From: Thermofilaceae archaeon
GTDB lineage: Archaea > Thermoproteota > Thermoprotei > Thermofilales > Thermofilaceae
Assembly: GCA_038727095.1 (NCBI GenBank)
Contig: JAVYWK010000001.1
Coordinates: 32,001 to 96,000 of the forward strand
Length of the DNA stretch: 64,000 nucleotides
Direction: 5' to 3'
The notes below the pieces were generated by a model. The model was not told the DNA's origin. It was given only the letters and a program-made list of their open reading frames with translations, and did not search any database. Positions 1 through 7,891 of this stretch are shown one piece after another. The position numbers and the translations under genes are program-made. Every line of letters starts with the position of its first letter. Position 1 is the stretch's first letter.

Positions 1-1344
1 GAGCAGCTGCAGGTTCCTCACGTTCTCGATGAGGCCGAAGACGGGGGAGTAGAACTGCCACATGTAGCTAGTGAAGGCCATCAGCGAGCCGAGGCTCATC
101 ACACCCTGTAGCACATCCCTGCCGCCGAACCACCACACGAGGAGGCTGCTGATCGTGAAGGCTAGTCCGACCGCGGGCCATATTTGCTGCTCAAACTTGA
201 AGACGTCCATCTGCGCGCGCTCGAACTCGGTCTGCTGGCTCTCGAACCTATCGACGAACTCGCTCTCCTTCCCGAAGCTCTTGACGAGTATCGCGGCGTT
301 GATGGTGTCCGAGATGACAGAGACGATCCTGGACCACTTCCGCCACAGCCTGTGGTAGTATCGGCTGGCCGTCTTCCTGTAGATGAGGTTCCCGGTCACG
401 CTCACGGGTATCGGCATGAGGGCGATCAGTGTGAGCCATGGGTTCATCGTGGCGAGCATGATGCCGACGAACACGACCATCGCCGCGTTGATGAAGAGCG
501 GGATGAAGGCGGCGGAGAGGAACCACTGAACTCTGTTCACGTCGTCAACGATCCTCGACCAGAGGCCTCCCGCCCCGAACCTGTCGTAGTGGGTGAGGGA
601 GAGCTCCTGCAGCTTCCTGTAGACGTGACTGCGGAGCGTGTTTGTGACGCCCACGTTGAACCGTGTGTTGAAGTAGGCGTTGAGCGAGTTTAGCACGGTG
701 TTGACGAGGTTGACGGCCAGTAGCCCGAGGATCACGTTGAGGAGCAGATCCGCCCTGCTCTTCATCAGCACCTCGTCGACGAGGATCTTCATCAGGTAGG
801 GCGGGACGAGCCCAACCACTCTGATGGCGACGGCCACGACGATCGTTGCCACGAAGATCCCGGAGATCGGCTTGAGAAGCCCGAGCAGGCGGATGATGGC
901 CGCTCTCACGCTCTTACGCTCCTCCACCTTCGACTTGCTGAGGAGCTGATCCTTAAGGAGCTGGTAGGGGATTTTCCCGACGACCAGGTTGTTGACTATC
1001 GTGACAAGCTTGTCGAACGCCTCCAGCCTCCCCCTAGTGAAGACCGCCAAGCTGCGGGGGCCTTCGTCGGTGTCGACGGTTAGCACGCACGTGTTGATGT
1101 AGCCCCTTATCGAGGCGGTTGTGATCTTTTCAAGGGGGACCGCTTCGACCAGCCTCTCGTTGACCACCAGGAGCCGAAGGTTGGTGAGAACGACGAGCTC
1201 CTCGCCGTAGTCTCCACCCACCATGTCCGTCTTCGCCAGGGCAACAACCTCCTCCCCCTCCTCGAGCACCGACTTGACGCTGGAGGGGATCTCATCGGGT
1301 TTAGGGTAGATGCGCAGCGAGTCTTGGTCGAGCGATGCCGGCAT
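1..1344 (-). CDS. ABC exporter (3' end outside window) with an N-terminal PH-like extension before the transmembrane domain
   Basis: Read manually; absent from the ORF track because it runs off the window. ATG at 1344 after GGAGGGG. MPASLDQD...EEVVALAKTDMVGGDYGEELVVLTNLRLLVV, then ABC TMD motifs (GLVPPYLMKILVDEVL; LMAFTSYMWQFYSPV). Confidence 0.85.
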   Translation of the reverse strand, partial: MPASLDQDSLRIYPKPDEIPSSVKSVLEEGEEVVALAKTDMVGGDYGEELVVLTNLRLLVVNERLVEAVPLEKITTASIRGYINTCVLTVDTDEGPRSLAVFTRGRLEAFDKLVTIVNNLVVGKIPYQLLKDQLLSKSKVEERKSVRAAIIRLLGLLKPISGIFVATIVVAVAIRVVGLVPPYLMKILVDEVLMKSRADLLLNVILGLLAVNLVNTVLNSLNAYFNTRFNVGVTNTLRSHVYRKLQELSLTHYDRFGAGGLWSRIVDDVNRVQWFLSAAFIPLFINAAMVVFVGIMLATMNPWLTLIALMPIPVSVTGNLIYRKTASRYYHRLWRKWSRIVSVISDTINAAILVKSFGKESEFVDRFESQQTEFERAQMDVFKFEQQIWPAVGLAFTISSLLVWWFGGRDVLQGVMSLGSLMAFTSYMWQFYSPVFGLIENVRNLQLL

Positions 1345-1427
1345 ACCAGCAACGCCCCTCCCCGAAGCCCAATTAAACGTTTCCTACATTGAGACAAGGT
1401 TTAAAGTGCCTGGCGCAAGCTCTAATC

Positions 1428-1484
1428 GCCCATGAAGATCCATTGCAGCGCTGGATCATGATGAAAAGGTTTCCGGCCTGAGGC
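1428..1484 (+). ncRNA. C/D-box sRNA guiding 16S rRNA methylation
   Basis: C box ATGAAGA, D' CTGG, C' ATGATGA, D CTGA, terminal GCC/GGC stem, TTTAAA upstream. Guides CCATTGCAGC and AAGGTTTCCGGC match 39758-39767 and 40029-40040 (antisense of 16S). Confidence 0.9.
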
Positions 1485-1486
1485 TC

Positions 1487-2443
1487 CTAGGCGCTCTCGA
1501 TACCCTTCTCGGTCACCAGGAACTTCGCGCTCGCTCCGCGTGGGAGGATGGGGGAGTCGAGAACCTCCATCAGCCATACATCTCCAGCTCTCCGTAGAAC
1601 CAGCCTGTGTGTTGAGGCGTGGGCGATGATGTTGCCGCCGGCGGGCACCTTCAGCGCGACGCCCCAGGGCACCGGCTGGGAGAGTACCTGGTTGGTTATC
1701 GCGACGACGGCTCCGTACCGCCTCGCGTATCGTTTAAGCCAATCCAGCAGGTAGTTGATCCGCTGCTGCCTGGCTGCCAGCATTTCCCTGCCCTTGAACT
1801 CGGCACGGTACAGAGCTATGATGCTGTCAACGACTATGAGCCGTACATTGTCACGGAGTAGGGAGGGTAGATCCTCGATAACCGCCTCCTCCAGCTCGTC
1901 CACGTTCAACGGCCTAACCACGTACAGGCCGGCCAGCGCGTCCTCAACGCCGAAGCGGTCGCCGATCGCTTCGACCCGCCCCGGGCTGAAGGTGCCCTCC
2001 GTGTCGATGTAGACGGCTTTCCCCGAAAGCCCCCCTTTGGATGGGGGCAGCTGGGCCGTCACAGCGAGCTGGTGGCAGAGCTGGGTCTTCCCCGTGCCGA
2101 ACTCGCCCGCGAACTCGTAGATGTCCCAAACCCTCAGGCCGCCGCCCAGCAGCTCGTCGAGAGCCCCAACACCGGTCGTCAGCAGGTCGCGTTCCTCGAG
2201 CATCCTCGCGTACTCTGGGCCCCTGAAGGTGCGCCGAACCTGCCGCGCTTCACGCACGTGCTTCCTCGCGGCTCTGACGATCGCTGCTGCTTTCTCCAGC
2301 TCGATCCCAACCCTCTCAGCTAGCTCCTCTGGGTTGAAGAGGGCTAGATCCTCGACGCACTGAACGGCTTCCGCCACCTTCTCGAGCGTCAGCTTGCCCA
2401 CTCCGGGGACCTTTAGCTCCCGAACCGGTGTGCAATCGCTCAC
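1487..2443 (-). CDS. Divergent RadA/Rad51-family recombinase paralogue
   Basis: N-terminal HhH domain, LDELLGGG, Walker A GEFGTGKTQ, YIDTEGTF, Walker B IVVDS, TNQV, GGNIIAHAS. Confidence 0.9.
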   Translation of the reverse strand: MSDCTPVRELKVPGVGKLTLEKVAEAVQCVEDLALFNPEELAERVGIELEKAAAIVRAARKHVREARQVRRTFRGPEYARMLEERDLLTTGVGALDELLGGGLRVWDIYEFAGEFGTGKTQLCHQLAVTAQLPPSKGGLSGKAVYIDTEGTFSPGRVEAIGDRFGVEDALAGLYVVRPLNVDELEEAVIEDLPSLLRDNVRLIVVDSIIALYRAEFKGREMLAARQQRINYLLDWLKRYARRYGAVVAITNQVLSQPVPWGVALKVPAGGNIIAHASTHRLVLRRAGDVWLMEVLDSPILPRGASAKFLVTEKGIESA

Positions 2444-3003
2444 AGGACCTTCACCTCGCCGTCCACGACCACCAACTCCTCACCCCTCCAGCCTCTCGCC
2501 CTAATAACGGTGTGGAGCCAGCGCCATAGGCTGGCGAGCCCCGCCGATCCCGTGACGATGAAGGGAACCTTGTAGACGCTGCTCACCCTCTCCATGATGT
2601 CCAGCGCGTAGAGTACCCCCTCTCGGGCGTGCCTACTGAAGCGCGCATCAGGCTCCTCAACGAGGATCGGTCTCCTTTCGACTTCCAGCAGCTGGGGCAC
2701 TTCGATGAGGAGCTCCCAGAGGAAGTCGTCGTCCCGGCTGCCCCCGACGGTAAGCGGCTCAATGTTAACCGCGAACTCAACTCCTGAGAGGAGGGTTAGG
2801 CCGGGCGATAGGGTGAGGCTGCCGGCGGGGTGCCTCAGTTCAGCGATCAGGGGTTTCAGGAGGATTCTGTGCCTCGCAGCCCGCTCCAGGAGCCTCTCCG
2901 CCTCTTCGCGGCCGACCCACTGGGCCAGCTCCTCCAGCCTCAAGCACTTGAGGTGGGTGAGCGTTAAGAGGAGCTTGCCCACCGTCACGTAGGCCGGCTT
3001 CAC
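2440..3003 (-). CDS. Truncated, inactive RadA-like protein
   Basis: Segments parallel the adjacent RadA (LEELAQWVGREEAERLLERAAR; ILVEE at Walker B; YKVPFIVTG). No Walker A. Likely GTG start at 3003 overlapping the upstream TGA. Confidence 0.6.
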   Translation of the reverse strand: MKPAYVTVGKLLLTLTHLKCLRLEELAQWVGREEAERLLERAARHRILLKPLIAELRHPAGSLTLSPGLTLLSGVEFAVNIEPLTVGGSRDDDFLWELLIEVPQLLEVERRPILVEEPDARFSRHAREGVLYALDIMERVSSVYKVPFIVTGSAGLASLWRWLHTVIRARGWRGEELVVVDGEVKVL

Positions 3004-3356
3004 GTTCTCCCCCTCTCTCCGATCACCTGCAGCCACGGGTTGCCGCGGAGCCACTCCGGCAGGCTGGGGGCTCTCGGCTCGGAAACCTGTAGCGGCTCGG
3101 CGCTGGGGAGAGCGTGTTCTGAGGCGTTGAGCTCGCGGAGCGCTTCGAGGAGCTTCATCCTCACTCTCTCCCCCTTCTCCGTCAACCTCACCAACTTGGT
3201 GCGACCCAATCGCTCGACCCTGGCGAGACCCATGCTCTCCAGCGTGCGTACGACGCTCCAGGCCCTTCTCGAGTTCCGGTTGATTTGGGAGACCCTGACG
3301 CCGTCGCCGATGCGCAGGGTCCAGAAGAGGGCTTTCACCTCCGCCTCTCGATGCAC
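3000..3356 (-). CDS. Winged-helix DNA-binding protein with C-terminal PEWLRGNPWL peptide
   Basis: VVRTLESMGLARVERLGRTKLVRLTEKG wing motif. Confidence 0.8.
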   Translation of the reverse strand: MHREAEVKALFWTLRIGDGVRVSQINRNSRRAWSVVRTLESMGLARVERLGRTKLVRLTEKGERVRMKLLEALRELNASEHALPSAEPLQVSEPRAPSLPEWLRGNPWLQVIGERGRT

Positions 3357-3374
3357 GCTAAAAAGAGGAGAATC

Positions 3375-3387
3375 AGGATAAAATCCT
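3375..3387. promoter_or_regulatory. Palindromic operator candidate AGGAT-AAA-ATCCT overlapping a TATA-like TTTTAT
   Basis: Perfect 5-3-5 inverted repeat about 20-30 nt upstream of the wHTH start. Confidence 0.45.
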
Positions 3388-4677
3388 TTACTTCAATAGG
3401 CCGTGCTTTCGGGCGATCTCGACGAACTTGGGCAGGAGCTCCCAGCCGTGCTCCACTACTCCTAAGCTACCCCTGGCGCACTCCTTCTCTGTGAAGCGGA
3501 GGACGTTGTCGGGTTTGACGCCGGGCAGGTAGACGGCGACGGGAACTGGGTCGCCGGTGTGGGCTTTCGCCCGTGGGGGTGTCGCGTGGTCCGCAGTAAC
3601 GATTATAGCCGTCTCGCTCAGGTCGATTCTCTCGAGGAGGGGGGCGACGAAGTAGGTGTCGATGGCCTCTATGGCGCCGGCCTTCGCGTCGGCTAAGCCG
3701 TCGTGGCCGGGCTCGTCGGGGCCCTTCAGGTGCACGTAGACGGCATCCACTCGGCGTAGAAGATCGAGCGTTGCCCGGAGCCTCGTTAGGTAGTCACCGG
3801 CTTTGTCGCTGGTGGGCTCCCCCACTTCGGCGACCTCCATTCCCAACAGCTTCGCGATGCCCCTCTCGACCGGCATCTCCACAACCGCGCCGAACCTCAA
3901 GCCGAAGCGCGCTTCGATCGGCTCTACCTTCGGTAGCGCTCCACCCGCATCCCTGACGAGGATGACGTTGGCCTTCGGCTGGCCTTTCGCCTCCCTCTTC
4001 TTGTTCACCGGGTGGTTGCTCAGCACCTCTATCGCCCTCCTCGTGAAAATGTTGACGAGCTCCGCCGTAGCCCGGGCCTCCGGCGTGTCGACGAGGGGTT
4101 TGCACTCTGCTACGCGCTTCTCGAAGGTTGGCCTCGCGACCGATATCTTGCCGACCCTCGCGTAGGCAGGGTCGGTGTTCTCAACTTCGTCTGAGAGCCT
4201 GTGGCTCCTGCTGCCGACGACTACGACTCCTCTGTGCCCGACCGTGGCCTTGACTCTCACGTAGCCGCCGTAAGCCCCTAGCTCCATCCCGTCGAGGGCG
4301 TTCGCCAGCTCGCGCGCCTCCTCGGAGTGCAGGCTCCGCCCCACCCTGCGATCGAGGATCTCAAGAGTCCTCTCGTCTATAGTGGCGAAGTTCGCTCTGA
4401 AGGCCACCTCATAGCCCTCCCTAATCTCGATGTCCGCTCCGAGGGCCTCTAGCGGCCCTCTACCCGTGTAGTACACGTGCGGGTCGTAGCCGAGGAGGGC
4501 CATGACAGCAGCGTCGCTCTCCGGGGCAACCCCCCTCGCTATGGGGTACATCAGCCCGCAGAGGGAGAGCCGGGCGATCCGGTCGAGAGCTTCGGTCTTC
4601 GCGAGCTCGAGGCTCGTCTTAGGATCGGTGGGGGAGTCTGCAGCCCCGTCAATGACCAGGTAGATCAGCTTCACCAT
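3388..4677 (-). CDS. apgM: 2,3-BPG-independent phosphoglycerate mutase (archaeal)
   Basis: IDGAAD, PESD, YTGRGPLEA, HLKGPDEPGHDG, TADHATP. Confidence 0.93.
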   Translation of the reverse strand: MVKLIYLVIDGAADSPTDPKTSLELAKTEALDRIARLSLCGLMYPIARGVAPESDAAVMALLGYDPHVYYTGRGPLEALGADIEIREGYEVAFRANFATIDERTLEILDRRVGRSLHSEEARELANALDGMELGAYGGYVRVKATVGHRGVVVVGSRSHRLSDEVENTDPAYARVGKISVARPTFEKRVAECKPLVDTPEARATAELVNIFTRRAIEVLSNHPVNKKREAKGQPKANVILVRDAGGALPKVEPIEARFGLRFGAVVEMPVERGIAKLLGMEVAEVGEPTSDKAGDYLTRLRATLDLLRRVDAVYVHLKGPDEPGHDGLADAKAGAIEAIDTYFVAPLLERIDLSETAIIVTADHATPPRAKAHTGDPVPVAVYLPGVKPDNVLRFTEKECARGSLGVVEHGWELLPKFVEIARKHGLLK

Positions 4678-4712
4678 CGGCCACCCCTCTCTGGAGCGTT
4701 AATAAGCCTGCG

Positions 4713-6197
4713 CTACAAAGGCAGTTTTACCAGCTCCTTGCGCAGCTCGGACAGCGCGCGCTCGAAGCCTCGCTGCTCCCTGGGGCTCGGGACGGCTGGG
4801 GTGCGGATCAGACGGGCGGCGAGCTTGCAGATCCTCAGCAGCGATGCACTAACGTCGGCCGGAGTTCCAAGCTTTACAACCTCCGAGCGGAGAGCCCCCA
4901 GATTAAGCTCTGTGCTGTTCGAGGGGAGTAGGCCAAGTTTGAGCGCAATGCTCGATGATAGGAGCTGTAGAGCCCTTAGAGTGAGCTCCTTCCGCTCACC
5001 CTGGTCCCAGCCGCTCGCTGCCTCGAGGTAGTTCAGCGCCAGCGACTTGTACCGCTCGGCCACTTCGGCGGGAGCTGAGGCAGCCAAGTCCAGCCACGCA
5101 AATGAGACCTTGGGGGCTGTGTACCTAGCGATGCTCCTCAGCTCGTCGAGCCTAAGCACGCGCCCCTCGTAGAGCAGAGGGGCCGACGCCACCAGCTCCC
5201 GGAGCTCCTGCGCCACCCGCTCAGCGTGCAGCTGAACTAGGCGCCGAGGCGGCTTCAAGCCGCGCTCGCTGAGCACTTCGAGGGAAGCTTCCCGTAGGAG
5301 CCTCCAGGAGAGCCTCCTGACGACTCCGTCCTCCTCCACGTAGAGCCTGTCGAGCGCGTAGACGTAGTGGTAGAACCTCTCCGCGGAGCCCGTGGCTGGG
5401 AGAACCTCGTCGAGTAGGCTGCGGGTGAGCAGCGCGAGAACCCTCCTTGACACGTACCTCCTGCCTCTCAGCGCCCTTTCGATGTGCTCCAGAACTGTGG
5501 GGACTGCAGCGTAGGGCACTCCGCAGCCGTGCAGCGACGCGGCCAGCTTATCGAGGTTGAAGGGTTCCAGCGAACCCTCCTCGTCGACGACACCGATCCC
5601 CCCGCTCGTCTGGGTGCGCGGCTGGATCCTGAGCTTCGGTAGAAGGGAGTTCAGTAGTTTCTCACCCTCCCTCGTCAGCCCGCGCAAGTCGCTGCTCAAG
5701 TAGCCTTGCTCCGCTAGGCGCGAGAGCTCCGCGTCGACCTCCGCTGGGTCGAAGCCCAGGTAGGAAGCTGCCAGCAACGTCCTCGCCCTGCTGAAGCCGC
5801 ACAGGTAGTGGATCAAGAGGGGCAACACACCCTTCCCCAGCCCGTTGTGCTCAACGCCCTCGGCGGCGACCCTGATCAGGAAACCGAGGGTGCTTGGGCT
5901 TGGTAGGGCCTCCTCAACGTCAACGAAGCCGCGGGGGCCCAGCATCACCGGCTCGCTCCTCAACCCCAGGCTCCTCCACAGCGCTTCCGACACAACCCTC
6001 TTCGCCTCTGGCAGCGCTTCAGGCTCGCAGTGGAGGTGTATGAGGAGGAGGTTCTCGGGCTGGTCGTACTCCCACCCGTCCAGGATCGCGCCCCGCTGCT
6101 CCAGCAGCTCCTTAACCCTGCTTAGGGTCGGTTCAACCGCTTCGATGCTCTCCGGCTCCGCCGGGAACCTGAAGCCCACCAGGAAACGACCCCTCAT
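4713..6197 (-). CDS. Multidomain hypothetical protein: alpha/beta N-domain, wHTH, one or two ATP-cone-like domains
   Basis: LAEQGYLSSDLRGLTREG (wHTH); VVDEEGSLEPFNLDKLAASL (ATP-cone start); weaker second repeat YVEEDGVVRRLSWRLL. Confidence 0.6.
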   Translation of the reverse strand: MRGRFLVGFRFPAEPESIEAVEPTLSRVKELLEQRGAILDGWEYDQPENLLLIHLHCEPEALPEAKRVVSEALWRSLGLRSEPVMLGPRGFVDVEEALPSPSTLGFLIRVAAEGVEHNGLGKGVLPLLIHYLCGFSRARTLLAASYLGFDPAEVDAELSRLAEQGYLSSDLRGLTREGEKLLNSLLPKLRIQPRTQTSGGIGVVDEEGSLEPFNLDKLAASLHGCGVPYAAVPTVLEHIERALRGRRYVSRRVLALLTRSLLDEVLPATGSAERFYHYVYALDRLYVEEDGVVRRLSWRLLREASLEVLSERGLKPPRRLVQLHAERVAQELRELVASAPLLYEGRVLRLDELRSIARYTAPKVSFAWLDLAASAPAEVAERYKSLALNYLEAASGWDQGERKELTLRALQLLSSSIALKLGLLPSNSTELNLGALRSEVVKLGTPADVSASLLRICKLAARLIRTPAVPSPREQRGFERALSELRKELVKLPL

Positions 6198-6207
6198 GGT
6201 TGTCGCC

Positions 6208-7029
6208 TCAGGCGAACATGAGCAGGACTTCCTGGTACTCTCGATCCAGCATCACGGGGGGCTGGAGCAGGAGAAGCCGTCTTTGCCTGAGAACCTCCTC
6301 GAAGAGCTCTGGGTCGAGCGATCGCTTCCTCAGCAGTCTCAGGGGCACGTTCACTCCCACGGGCCTAGCTGGGATGATGTGCCGCGTGGATTTCGGAGGC
6401 ATCAGGTAGCCCTCGCGGGCCGCCTCTAGCACGTCGGTTTTGGAGGGTGATGGCGGAAGGATGAGAAGGGGCTTGTGCGCGTGCAGCGGCCAGCTTGAGC
6501 GGGGCACGTAAGCGGAGGGGCGCTTTGCCAGCTTCTTAAGCATCCGCTCCAGGCTTCGCAGCTTCTCGAAAGCGTCTCTCACCCCCTCGTGCCGAACCAC
6601 GTAAGCCCGTCTACGGTGGATGACGGCGAGGTCGGACTCCCTCACCGATTCCAGGTCCACCCGCTCCACCTCGAAACCCTCCAGCGCCTTCTCCACGTCT
6701 GAGCCCGCCCAGTCGTACACCCGGGCCCACGTGTCCAGCTCCACGAGGGGGCTCATGTAGTCGACTCTGCAGGCCGCGATCAGTGGGAACCCGAGCTCCC
6801 TCATCGCAGCCCACCGGTGGGTGCCGTCCAGGATCAGGTTGCTGCCCGCGTCCACGATCACCGGGTTCCTCTGGTAGCGGCTGCGCGCGAACGCGCTGAC
6901 CAGACCCTTCAGGTGCTCCGGAATCACTTCCTCGTGTGGAAGGAGATCGGGCACGCTGCACACGGTGATTTCCAGCTCGAAGACTCCGGCTCTAAGCGGG
7001 ATCCTCAGCCTCAAGACGCCTCGACACAT
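6208..7029 (-). CDS. ParB/Srx-fold free serine kinase (SerK/SbnI-like)
   Basis: PHEE, LILDGTHRW, VDY...TW, PSKTDV...PPKSTRH as in the SerK family. Confidence 0.75.
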   Translation of the reverse strand: MCRGVLRLRIPLRAGVFELEITVCSVPDLLPHEEVIPEHLKGLVSAFARSRYQRNPVIVDAGSNLILDGTHRWAAMRELGFPLIAACRVDYMSPLVELDTWARVYDWAGSDVEKALEGFEVERVDLESVRESDLAVIHRRRAYVVRHEGVRDAFEKLRSLERMLKKLAKRPSAYVPRSSWPLHAHKPLLILPPSPSKTDVLEAAREGYLMPPKSTRHIIPARPVGVNVPLRLLRKRSLDPELFEEVLRQRRLLLLQPPVMLDREYQEVLLMFA

Positions 7030-7072
7030 GAGGGAGCGGGGGGTTTAACAAGATTCCTGAAGGGCGTCTACC

Positions 7073-7534
7073 GTGACTGGAGGGCCGAAGCTCCTGGTTA
7101 GCACGGAGCGGGGCAAGGAGAAGCGCGTAGCGAGGGATCTCATGGACGCCCTCTACCCCCACGATAGGAGCGTCAAGCTGGAGCTCATCGAGGGGGGCAT
7201 TGTCGTGTACAGCAGCCTTAGCCACGACCACCTTATCGGCCTGCTCCAGCAGTACCCAGTGCGGGGGCTGTTGCGCGTCCGCAGGGTTTTAGCCTCAGCT
7301 GAGGGTAGCCTCGAAGCGGCCGTGGATGAGCTGCTAGCTCAAGCCGCTCGCCTAGGCGTAAAGCTGAGAAGCGTGGAAGCTCGAACGGGCGGGCTTATAG
7401 ACAGGCACATGTTGGAGGAGCTCATAGTGTTACGGGCGGGGCAGCTGAACCTGACCGGTCGAAACGGCGTAAGAGCACGGACCGTACTGGTGCAGAGGGA
7501 TGAAGGGAACTGGCTACTCCTGCTCGCTGTCTAG
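7073..7534 (+). CDS. Hypothetical protein, possibly THUMP-like RNA-binding
   Basis: LLVSTERGKEKRVARDLMDAL N-terminus resembles archaeal THUMP proteins. Confidence 0.5.
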   Translation: MTGGPKLLVSTERGKEKRVARDLMDALYPHDRSVKLELIEGGIVVYSSLSHDHLIGLLQQYPVRGLLRVRRVLASAEGSLEAAVDELLAQAARLGVKLRSVEARTGGLIDRHMLEELIVLRAGQLNLTGRNGVRARTVLVQRDEGNWLLLLAV

Positions 7535-7587
7535 TTCGTTCTATTTTTCCAGCATGATACTTAAACTTGAGTACCTAAATTTAGTGA

Positions 7588-7757
7588 GGTTGCGGGCTCT
7601 CCGCTGTCGCTGGGCCCTCTGATCGCAGGGTTCAGCCTAGGAGGTGCTCTCGCGCGATGCGCTCTGCAGTGGTGGCCGCGCTTGTCGACACTCTCTGGAC
7701 GGGGATGGATGCCTATCCAGCGCGGTTTCGGCGGGGACCCTCAGCGTTCGTGCAACC
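7588..7757 (+). ncRNA. Unassigned structured RNA candidate (about 170 nt)
   Basis: Nested stems GGTTGC/GCAACC, CGCTG/CAGCG, CCCT-CTGA/TCGG-GGGG, GCCGCGCT/AGCGCGGT. G-U pairs favour +. TATA-like CTTAAAC about 25 nt upstream. Confidence 0.5.
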
Positions 7758-7891
7758 GCTCTTTGACGCTCCAGGCTCTTAAGGGGTGTTTTGCCTTCCG
7801 ATACTTCACGCGTGTTCCGCACCGGCTGCGGTAAAGTCTTTAAGCGTTGTTTGATTGTCATTCACTAGAGCTGAAAGGTAAGGTAGTGGGA

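Noticed and set aside
71-693. Plus-strand ORFs over the first ABC gene, and similar antisense ORFs elsewhere
   Set aside because: Shadow frames of real genes in high-GC DNA.
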